Below, piece after piece: positions 23,580 to 30,672 of a DNA stretch of 41,211 nt (the first letter of the stretch is position 1; each line of letters starts with the position of its first letter). The DNA comes from an archaeon (GTDB taxonomy: Archaea > Aenigmatarchaeota > Aenigmatarchaeia > GW2011-AR5), in contig DATDXW010000064.1 of the NCBI GenBank assembly GCA_035289125.1, forward strand, positions 1-41,211, read 5' to 3'. Made by a program: the position numbers and the translations under genes. A model generated the notes under the pieces. It made no database searches. It saw only the letters and a program-made list of their open reading frames with translations, and had not been told where the DNA came from.

Positions 23580-23659
23580 GGGATATACGGTTCGGGGCTC
23601 GGCTCGCCCCTCACCCAAATTTTTCTTCCGCTACGCTCCAGAAAAACTTCGTATATCCC
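23580..23659 (+). repeat. 80-nt element able to form a three-way junction
   Basis: Closing inverted repeat GGGATATACG (23580-23589) / CGTATATCCC (23650-23659). Inner hairpins GGGGC-TCGGCTC-GCCCC (23594-23610) and TTTTTCT-N13-AGAAAAA (23620-23646). Confidence 0.7.
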
Positions 23660-23723
23660 TGACGTTATATTCAATTGTCGGCAGAAATATTACGAGGGGG
23701 TCGGCTCGCTCTAATTTGGTTTT

Positions 23724-23984
23724 TTAATCTCCCTTACTTTGAAGAGCATAAGGTTCAAACATTAGAATGTAAGTATCTTCTTCGCTTGTGGGACAATGCT
23801 CTATTCTATAATCGCCAACGCGGACTCTGAATATTTTCTCTTTTCTGTTGACTACTCTCTTGACATCACTTGGGAAAGGGTCATGCGTTAGCTTTTCTAT
23901 TTCTTCAACAATTCGCTTTGCGATTTGTTTTTCAGTCTTCTTTAGAAATTTTCTGGCTTGAGAAGAAAATTCAACAACAAACAT
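23724..23984 (-). CDS. RelE/ParE-superfamily toxin-like protein
   Basis: From the internal ATG: MFVVEFSSQARKFLKKTEKQIAKRIVEEIEKLTHDPFPSDVKRV...IFRVRVGDYRI...TYILMFEP, which matches the archaeal RelE pattern (…R.R.GDYR…). Confidence 0.72.
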   Translation of the reverse strand: MFVVEFSSQARKFLKKTEKQIAKRIVEEIEKLTHDPFPSDVKRVVNRKEKIFRVRVGDYRIEHCPTSEEDTYILMFEPYALQSKGD

Positions 23985-23985
23985 T

Positions 23986-24189
23986 TCATAACCCCAACTC
24001 CTTTTTGAGTTCGGAAAGTGGGTTCGTTTTTCCTTCTTTGAGTTCCCGCATACTTTGTTCAAATCGCCTACTTCCCTCTGTAGTCATTATCGTATCTGGA
24101 TCAAACATGTGCTTTTTAATGAATACGACTTCTTTCCTTAATTCCTTTAGCTCATCGTATATTCTTTAAACGGTAGTTATTTCTGCCAT
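23986..24189 (-). pseudogene. cognate antitoxin-like gene with an in-frame TAA at codon 8 (24166-24168)
   Basis: MAEITTV*RIYDELKELRKEVVFIKKHMFDPDTIMTTEGSRRFEQSMRELKEGKTNPLSELKKELGL*. Its stop lies 1 nt before the toxin ATG. The next in-frame ATG would leave only 40 aa. Confidence 0.55.
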
Positions 24190-24392
24190 AATACCTCTTT
24201 TGCGGTATCTTTATTTAAGTCTAACGGCGGCTTAATGACGGATTTCTGAACTCTTCGCTTCCTCGGAAGCTTGTTTTTGGCAATACTTCAATTTAGCCTT
24301 CAGACATTTTACGCCAAAAAGGACTTAACACGAATGTTACGGCTTACTTCGTGCGCCCATGTCCGCCTTTGGCGAACATCGCAAAATCCGAT

Positions 24393-24421
24393 ACGTTATA
24401 TGACATTGGGGTTCGGGCTCT
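24393..24421 (+). repeat. cassette-boundary motif copy (ACGTTATATGACATTGGGGTTCGGGCTCT)
   Basis: 25/29 identical to 24613-24641. Related to 23662-23712. Confidence 0.8.
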
Positions 24422-24612
24422 AACTGACTGTTAATTATCTACAAAAATAGAATAAACCTCTTATCGTTTAGCGACAAAGTGATTTTTTCCCACATCTACC
24501 GCGTTTTTTTCGGCCATCTTCTTTTTGAATGCTGCCGGGCGATCTATGATTTCTCCAGTTTCACTTACAAAGATATCACCCAAATTCCTGCTGGAACTTC
24601 TCAAAGTCTCGG

Positions 24613-24641
24613 ACGTTGTATGACGTCGGGTTTCGGGCTCT
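24613..24641 (+). repeat. cassette-boundary motif copy (ACGTTGTATGACGTCGGGTTTCGGGCTCT)
   Basis: Contains GTCGGGTTTCGGGC (24625-24638). An inverted copy (13/14) lies at 25205-25218. Confidence 0.8.
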
Positions 24642-24647
24642 CCTCCT

Positions 24648-25133
24648 TTACCAGAAAAAGTGGCATTGAGTATAGCCGGGTCTCCATCGATAAGAACCGA
24701 AACTTCTGTGTCCTTGAGAGGGGGTTACTTTCAAATAATCTCTTTGAGCCATAATACTTTTCCACTCTCTAGCTATTTCTTCCAGTGAAGAAATAGTATA
24801 ACCTATATGTTCAGGAATCGGAGGTATCCCTTCTCTATGTGGAAAATCTGTAACACATATCTGGGTACTCCCAGCACCACAACCTACAAGACTTTTAAGA
24901 TACTGGTTGGGAACGTAGAGCAAACCTGATTTGCCAGCCGATACGAATCGTCTACCCGGGTGATACGCCTCTATATGCGGCATTACTTCAGCACCCAGAT
25001 GATAGTATTCTGCGGGATCTCTAGGGATTCTAACTTCTATTACATCAGAAATATTTTCCAGTCCATCTAATAATTTCCCTAATACCTCATCCCAAGCATG
25101 TGTTCTACGTTGCTCTTCTGTCAACGTGGTCAT
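24648..25133 (-). CDS. hypothetical protein, probably frameshifted (coding signal continues to 24461 in another frame)
   Basis: 161-codon ORF. Downstream of a C5 run (24720-24724), a second frame stays open for 87 more codons to TAA at 24461-24463. Confidence 0.55.
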   Translation of the reverse strand: MTTLTEEQRRTHAWDEVLGKLLDGLENISDVIEVRIPRDPAEYYHLGAEVMPHIEAYHPGRRFVSAGKSGLLYVPNQYLKSLVGCGAGSTQICVTDFPHREGIPPIPEHIGYTISSLEEIAREWKSIMAQRDYLKVTPSQGHRSFGSYRWRPGYTQCHFFW

Positions 25134-25204
25134 AATTTATCTCCATATCTTTCTTCTGCTTTTTGCTATTACTTCCATACATAAGTATTTAATAATTTTT
25201 CGGC

Positions 25205-25218
25205 GCCCGAAACCCAAC
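25205..25218 (-). repeat. inverted copy of the boundary motif (GTTGGGTTTCGGGC on the minus strand)
   Basis: The plus strand reads GCCCGAAACCCAAC inside the near-palindrome TTTCGGCGCCCGAAA. Confidence 0.8.
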
Positions 25219-25251
25219 GCTTCGCAATTACCTTTGTGATTGATAAGTATA

Positions 25252-25292
25252 GTAAACTGCGTAATTTGTGTGACATACATTACGCAGTTTAC
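25252..25292. repeat. 14-bp perfect inverted repeat GTAAACTGCGTAAT / ATTACGCAGTTTAC with a 13-nt spacer
   Basis: Arms at 25252-25265 and 25279-25292. Nearby are GTGACATA/TATGTCAC (25269-25276 / 25313-25320) and repeated CGCAGTT words. Confidence 0.85.
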
Positions 25293-25370
25293 ATATAGAC
25301 AACTGCTAATAATATGTCACCTAAGTTTCGCAGTTATCTATAATTGCTCTATCTCGACAATATTTCAAAT

Positions 25371-25545
25371 ATAGGATACGATGCATTCGCAGAATGCGGG
25401 CGTTAGTAAAGGAACGGAGAAAGACTTCCTACGCACGGTTCGGTTTTTGACGGTGCGGGTTGTAAAAGCATAATATGGGATACGATTCACGAATGAAATG
25501 AGTGAAGGGTATTGGCATACGACGCATTCGAAGAATGCGGGGTAT
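25371..25545 (+). repeat. three hairpin boxes (c0, c1, c2) plus a Q/P block upstream of the rpl1 TATA box
   Basis: c0 25371-25402 (GCATTC-GCA-GAATGC). Q/P block 25417-25468 (27/31 to 19366-19396). c1 25470-25512 (ATAC-GA-TTCAC...GTGAA-GG-GTAT). c2 25511-25545 (ATAC-GA-CGCATTC-GAA-GAATGCG-GG-GTAT). Confidence 0.8.
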
Positions 25546-25555
25546 ATTTATATAC
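25543..25555 (+). promoter_or_regulatory. TATA box (TATATTTATATAC) for the rpl1-rplP0-rpl12 unit
   Basis: About 65-75 nt upstream of the rpl1 ATG. The predicted leader carries a hairpin (25562-25592) and an AGGAGG Shine-Dalgarno element at 25604-25609. Confidence 0.45.
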
Positions 25556-25617
25556 TTTACGGCGATACGTAGTAAAGTCCGTATACTGTCGCGCTTCTGC
25601 GGCAGGAGGACGTTTGT

Positions 25618-26220
25618 ATGAAAGTGGAAGACGCGATAAAGGAGATACGAAGCCAGCCGAAGAGAAACTTCGCACAAGGCGTGGAACTTAACATAATACT
25701 CAAGAATATAGACCCAAAGAGGCCCGAGCAGCGCTTCAGCAAAGACGTGGTGCTGCCGCACGGCCGGGGAAAGGATGTGAAAGTAGGAATAATGTCCGAC
25801 AAAATACCGAATGCCATAACCAAGAGCGACCTGGAAAGCATGACAACCGACACCAAAAAGATGCGCGCCATGCTCAAAGATTATAGATATTTCCTCTGCG
25901 AACCGCCGCTCATGGTGACGGTCGGCAAGGTGCTTGGAAAATACCTCGGTCCCAAGGGAAGGATGCCCAAGCCCATCATGCCTACGATGTCCGTGGAAAA
26001 GATGATGGAGAGCTTCACGAAATCCGTTACGCTGCGGATGCAGGACTCCGTTTCTCTCAACGTGCCGGTGGGCACGGAAAGCATGGAAGATGCGAAGCTC
26101 GCAGACAACGTTAATGCCGTACTGAACGAGCTGAAGGCGATGCTGCCCAAGGGTGCCAACCAGATAAAGCGCGTCATACTGAAAACTACCATGGGCAAAC
26201 CGGTGATTATGGATGATTAA
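25618..26220 (+). CDS. rpl1: 50S ribosomal protein uL1
   Basis: KRNFAQGVELNIILKNIDPKRPEQRFSKDVVLPHGRGKDVKV...LGPKGRMPKP. Confidence 0.95.
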   Translation: MKVEDAIKEIRSQPKRNFAQGVELNIILKNIDPKRPEQRFSKDVVLPHGRGKDVKVGIMSDKIPNAITKSDLESMTTDTKKMRAMLKDYRYFLCEPPLMVTVGKVLGKYLGPKGRMPKPIMPTMSVEKMMESFTKSVTLRMQDSVSLNVPVGTESMEDAKLADNVNAVLNELKAMLPKGANQIKRVILKTTMGKPVIMDD

Positions 26221-27055
26221 GTCGCGAAAGGCTGAGGAAGTGGAAAAACTGGCTGCTCTTGCGAGAGAGTACTCCGTCATGGGGATACTGAACATAAGGA
26301 AAATGCCCACGAAACAGATGCAAAAGATAAAGGCAAACCTGAAGGGCAATGCCACGGTGAAGGTAAGCAAAAACATACTCATCAGAAAGGCAATGGAAAA
26401 GGCAGGCAAGGACCTCACTGCCCTCTCGGAGAGTGTAACCGGCGAGACCGCAGTCATATTTTCGAATGACAATCCATTCAGGCTTTTCGCGATGCTCAAG
26501 CGCAACCGCATCCCGTCTGCCGCCAAAGCCGGTGACATAGCACCAGACGACATAACAGTCCAGAAAGGTCCGACCGGGCTTCCGCCGGGCCCTGCGATAA
26601 CCACGCTGCAGAAGCTCGGGTTAAAGACGACTGTGGAGGCAGGCAAGATAGCTGTTGCGGATGACAAAGTCGTCGTCAAGAAGGGCGCGGTGATAACGAA
26701 AGAGCTTGCGAACGGCTTTAATCTTCTAAAAATGCAGCCGATGCAGATAGGCGTGGACATGATTGCCGCGTGGGAGCAGGGCACCATTTACACGAGCGAC
26801 ATACTCAATATAGACCAAGACGAATACCGGAAGAGCGTGGAGCGCGCCGTCATGGATGCGTTCAACCTCGCTGTAAACGCCAGCTATCCAACGAAGGATA
26901 CGATAAATGCGATGATAAGCAAGGCGTTCTATGAGGCGAAAAGCCTTGCGCTGTCCGCAAACATAACGGAAAAGGAATTCATAGGTGAAGTTCTCGCCAA
27001 TGCTATGCGCGAAGCCAAAGCGCTGGAAGACTTGCACAAAGAGGTGAAAAAATGA
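26213..27055 (+). CDS. rplP0: 50S ribosomal protein uL10 (acidic stalk protein P0)
   Basis: Conserved position after rpl1, with an 8-nt overlap. ...[39 protein letters not shown].... Confidence 0.93.
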   Translation: MIKSRKAEEVEKLAALAREYSVMGILNIRKMPTKQMQKIKANLKGNATVKVSKNILIRKAMEKAGKDLTALSESVTGETAVIFSNDNPFRLFAMLKRNRIPSAAKAGDIAPDDITVQKGPTGLPPGPAITTLQKLGLKTTVEAGKIAVADDKVVVKKGAVITKELANGFNLLKMQPMQIGVDMIAAWEQGTIYTSDILNIDQDEYRKSVERAVMDAFNLAVNASYPTKDTINAMISKAFYEAKSLALSANITEKEFIGEVLANAMREAKALEDLHKEVKK

Positions 27056-27348
27056 ACTTAGTGTACGGAGCCCTTCTTCTGCACTCCGCAGGAAAGGCAG
27101 TGGACGAAGCGGGAATGAAAAAGGTAGCCGATGCGACCGGTTTCAAGGTGGACGACGTTCAGATAAAGGCGCTCGTTGCAGCGCTTGAGGGCGTCAACAT
27201 AGAGGAAGCCATAAGCAAGGCAGCAATGCCCGTAGCAGCTGCTGCGCCTGTGCAGGCGAAGGAGGAAAAGAAGGAAGTCAAGAATGAAGAAGACGAAAGC
27301 AAGAAAGCCGAAGAGGCAGCCGCAGGTTTGGGCGCGCTATTCGGATAA
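27052..27348 (+). CDS. rpl12: 50S ribosomal stalk protein P1 (archaeal L12)
   Basis: [25 protein letters not shown]..., Ala/Glu/Lys-rich hinge and C-terminal GLGALFG. Confidence 0.93.
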   Translation: MNLVYGALLLHSAGKAVDEAGMKKVADATGFKVDDVQIKALVAALEGVNIEEAISKAAMPVAAAAPVQAKEEKKEVKNEEDESKKAEEAAAGLGALFG

Positions 27349-27349
27349 A

Positions 27350-27370
27350 TTTTTTAATTTTTTTGTTTTC
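27350..27370 (+). terminator. oligo-T terminator-like tract after rpl12
   Basis: TTTTTTAATTTTTTTGTTTTC begins 2 nt after the TAA. Archaeal termination typically uses T runs. Confidence 0.5.
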
Positions 27371-27475
27371 AATTTTATTTGATTAGTTCTTACTTCGGGC
27401 TTTGTGTCGTGACTTTTGAGTGAGGGTGTGAAGTGTAAACTGGGCATTTTTATACATTAATACCCTGATAGTCTT

Positions 27476-27970
27476 ATGACTTTGAATGATACCTACACGC
27501 GACTCATTGAATTTCTTGACCAACATGGAGCGCATTATAAACTGATTGACCATCCGCCGGAGGGACGAACTGAAATTGTCAGCCCGATGCGCGGCAACAA
27601 AGTTTCACAAGCGGCAAAGTGTATTGTTATCATGGTGAAGATCGGAAAGAAAGTAACGAAGTATGTTTTGGGCGTTGTACCAGGCGATGCAAAAATAGAT
27701 TTGAACGCCGTTAAAGAATTGTTCGGTGGTACATACATCTCTTTTGCTACTCCAGAGATTGCAGAAAGACTGGCAGGCAGTGTTGCCGGTACTATTCTTC
27801 CGTTTTCCTTCAATCCCGAGATGGAATTAATCGCTGACCCGTCACTGTTGAAAAACGACGAAATCTATTTCAACGCCGCCCGATTGGACCATTCAATGGC
27901 ATTGAAAACGGATGACTATGTAGATTTGGCCAAGCCGCGTATTGAGCACATAGTGAAAGATTCCGAGTGA
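27476..27970 (+). CDS. YbaK/ProX-type aminoacyl-tRNA deacylase domain protein
   Basis: ...KVSQAAKCIVIMVK...YVLGVVPGDAKIDLNAVKELFG...SFATPEIAERLAGSVAGTILPFS.... Lies immediately upstream of alaS. Confidence 0.8.
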   Translation: MTLNDTYTRLIEFLDQHGAHYKLIDHPPEGRTEIVSPMRGNKVSQAAKCIVIMVKIGKKVTKYVLGVVPGDAKIDLNAVKELFGGTYISFATPEIAERLAGSVAGTILPFSFNPEMELIADPSLLKNDEIYFNAARLDHSMALKTDDYVDLAKPRIEHIVKDSE

Positions 27971-27976
27971 TACATC

Positions 27977-30586
27977 ATGCTCACCGACAAGGAACTGAAA
28001 AAGAAATTCGTCTTGGAGTTCGCCAAGACCCCGGCGAAGTATTACCCAAATGCCATGGCGGAAACGGGCTTCTCGCGCAAGAAGTGCGCGTCCTGCTTCA
28101 GAGCATTCTGGTCCGTGCTGCCGCGAAACGTGTGCGGCGATTCATCGTGCTGCAACGGCTATTCGTTCATCGGCGCCACGCCGGCAAAGAACGTGATGAG
28201 CTATCCGGACGTATGGCGGCGCTTCTCGGCGCTGTTGAAAAAGCAGGGCTACGCGCCGATAAACCGTTATCCTGTCAGTGCGCGGTGGCGAAACGACCTG
28301 CACTTCGTGGAAGCGTCAATAGATGACTTTATCCCGTACGTCGTCTCGGGCGAGGTGAAGCCGCCGGCCAACCCGCTGGTGGTGCCGCAGCCGTGCCTGC
28401 GCTTCAACGACATAGAAAACGTCGGAATAACCGGTGCTCACTACACGTGCTTCGTCATGATAGGGCAGCATCGCTTTGAAAAGCCGGCAGACTACAAAGC
28501 CGGCGATTACTTTTTGCATCTGCTGAAATGGTTCACCGAAGGCATGGGCATACCGCTGGAAGAAATAGTCCTGCACGAAGACGTCTGGGCGGGCTCCGGC
28601 AATTTCGGGCCGTGCATTGAATTTTTCTCGCGCGGGCTTGAGTTGGCTAATCAGGTTTACATGCAATACCGCCAGACAGAGAGCGGCTATGAAGACCTGC
28701 CGCTGAAAGTGCTGGACATGGGGATGGGGCAGGAAAGGAACGCATGGTTCTCGCGGGGCGCGCCCACGAGTTACGAGACGACTTTTCCCACCGTGCTGGA
28801 TTATTTGAAAAAGAAAGCGGGCGTGAAGACGGATGAAAAAGCCGTGAAAGAGTTCCTGCCTTATGCTTCTCTGCTGAACGTGGATGAAGTGCAGGACGTA
28901 GCAAAGGCGTGGAACACCGTAGCGAAGAAGACGTCATACGACGTTGCGGCGCTGAAAGAGCGCATACTTCCGCTGGCTGCTCTATATTCCATAGCTGAAC
29001 ACACGAGGGCGCTACTTTTTGCGTTAAACGACGGCACGTTGCCGAGCAACGTCGGCGGCGGCTATAACTTGCGATTAATACTAAGAAGGGCGTTTTCGCT
29101 CGCAAGAAAACATGAATGGGAAGTAGATTTCGCGAAGATAATGGAGATACACGCGTCCTTCCTTGAAAGCATGTATCCAGAGCTGAAGAGCTCGCTGAAA
29201 GCCGTGCCGGAAATAATAGCTTACGAGCAGGAAAAATATGACGCGACGGGAAAAAAGAGCCGCGAAATAATAGCGAAACTGAAGAGCGTGGACACGGAGA
29301 AGCTGATAGAACTTTACGACAGCCACGGGATAACACCGGAGACTGTGAAGAAAGAAAAGCCGGACGTGAGGATACCGGAGAACTTCTATCCGATGGTGGC
29401 GGAGCGCCACAGGCATGCGGCGAAGAAGGAGACGAAGATGCTGGATGTCAATGCGCCGGCGACGGAGATGTTGTACTATAAAGATGGCAGCGCCCGCACA
29501 TTCACCGCCAAATCATTGGTGATAAAAGACGGCTGGGTTGTGCTGGACAGGACGCTTTTCTATCCTGAAGGCGGCGGGCAACAGAACGACACCGGAACGA
29601 TAAACGGCGCCCGTGTAACGGACGTGCAGAAATTTGCCGGCGTGATAGGGCACAAGATTGAGAGCGTGCCGTTCAAAGCGGGCAGCACCGTGAAAGGGAC
29701 AGTTGACGATGACAGAAGAAACCGCCTCATGGCGCACCACAGCGCGATACATATAGTGAACGGCGTGGCGCGCAAAATACTGGGAAGCCATGTCTGGCAA
29801 GCCGGCACGCTAAAAACGCCGGACAAGGCGCATATAGACCTGACGCACTACAAGGCGCTTACCGACGAGGAACTGGATGCGATAGAACGGAAAGCAAACG
29901 AAGCCGTGGAGAAGCACGTCCACGTTTCCAAGCGCGTCATAGAGCGAACGGACGCCGAGAAAAAATACGGCATGACGATATACCAGGGTCCGGCAGTGCC
30001 GGCCAAAGAGCTGAGAATAATAGACATGGATGGCGTGGACGTGGAAGCATGCGGCGGCACGCATGTCGACAACACGGCGGATGTCGGAAAAATAATAATA
30101 ACCGGAACGGAAAAAATACAGGACGGGATAGTCAGGCTCACGCTCGTGGCAGGAAAGGCCGCGGAAGAATACCATGCGAAAATGAGCGCTCTGCTAAAGG
30201 AAACGGAAAAAATACTCGGCACGACTGATGTTGTGGGGGGAGCGGAGCGGCTTTTCAGCGAATGGAAAAACATGAAAAAGGAGCGGGAAAAGAGTGCCAT
30301 GGCAGGCGCGGAAGCGCTGCGTGGCACGCGCGTCGCGGTTCTGCCGCTTTCACGCGCGGAGCTGCTCGTCGTGACAAAAGCGGGCGGGACATACATATTA
30401 TTCGGAAGCAAAGACCACAGTATAGTGGTGACTTCTGAAAGTGGTAGCGCCGAAAAGCTTTTCGCAGAAGCCGTCAAACTTTGTGGAGGGAGAGGAGGCG
30501 GCGAAGGCGCGATAGCGCAGGGAGTTTACGAAAAAGAGCCTGATGAGAGCATGATCAAGAGAATGAGGAAGATTGTGGATGGATGA
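27977..30586 (+). CDS. alaS: alanine--tRNA ligase (archaeal type)
   Basis: 869 aa. Class II core, editing-domain HxxxH (HSAIHIV) and CGGTH motifs, C-terminal DHHA1-like region. Confidence 0.97.
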   Translation: MLTDKELKKKFVLEFAKTPAKYYPNAMAETGFSRKKCASCFRAFWSVLPRNVCGDSSCCNGYSFIGATPAKNVMSYPDVWRRFSALLKKQGYAPINRYPVSARWRNDLHFVEASIDDFIPYVVSGEVKPPANPLVVPQPCLRFNDIENVGITGAHYTCFVMIGQHRFEKPADYKAGDYFLHLLKWFTEGMGIPLEEIVLHEDVWAGSGNFGPCIEFFSRGLELANQVYMQYRQTESGYEDLPLKVLDMGMGQERNAWFSRGAPTSYETTFPTVLDYLKKKAGVKTDEKAVKEFLPYASLLNVDEVQDVAKAWNTVAKKTSYDVAALKERILPLAALYSIAEHTRALLFALNDGTLPSNVGGGYNLRLILRRAFSLARKHEWEVDFAKIMEIHASFLESMYPELKSSLKAVPEIIAYEQEKYDATGKKSREIIAKLKSVDTEKLIELYDSHGITPETVKKEKPDVRIPENFYPMVAERHRHAAKKETKMLDVNAPATEMLYYKDGSARTFTAKSLVIKDGWVVLDRTLFYPEGGGQQNDTGTINGARVTDVQKFAGVIGHKIESVPFKAGSTVKGTVDDDRRNRLMAHHSAIHIVNGVARKILGSHVWQAGTLKTPDKAHIDLTHYKALTDEELDAIERKANEAVEKHVHVSKRVIERTDAEKKYGMTIYQGPAVPAKELRIIDMDGVDVEACGGTHVDNTADVGKIIITGTEKIQDGIVRLTLVAGKAAEEYHAKMSALLKETEKILGTTDVVGGAERLFSEWKNMKKEREKSAMAGAEALRGTRVAVLPLSRAELLVVTKAGGTYILFGSKDHSIVVTSESGSAEKLFAEAVKLCGGRGGGEGAIAQGVYEKEPDESMIKRMRKIVDG

Positions 30587-30672
30587 CGTAAAACGAATGA
30601 AGCACGTGGCTGCTCTTCTGCGAGTGAGCGTGGAAGATGTGCCGAAAGTGCTGAGGCGCTTCGCTGAAGATA

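Noticed and set aside
22958-25230. Classical integron with attC sites
   Set aside because: No intI-like integrase or attI is visible. The boundary motif does not match the attC core (GTTRRRY / RYYYAAC), except for a single ACCCAAC at about 25212-25218. Gene orientations are mixed. It is kept as a cassette-like finding only, not called an integron.
25429-26787. 452-codon minus-strand ORF, the longest unannotated ORF in the track
   Set aside because: It lies antisense to rpl1 and rplP0, whose identities are unambiguous. Its translation is low-complexity (Ser/Phe/Ala-rich) and it runs through the upstream repeat region. This is a typical shadow ORF. The same reasoning applies to 19991..21091 and 20062..20874 (antisense to ftsZ), 16250..17047 and 15778..16440 (leuS), 28647..29336 and 29848..30477 (alaS), 34245..34790 (carB), 12967..13446 (aspartokinase), 14236..14712 (gap), 18628..19161 (FKBP) and 40138..40554 (histone).
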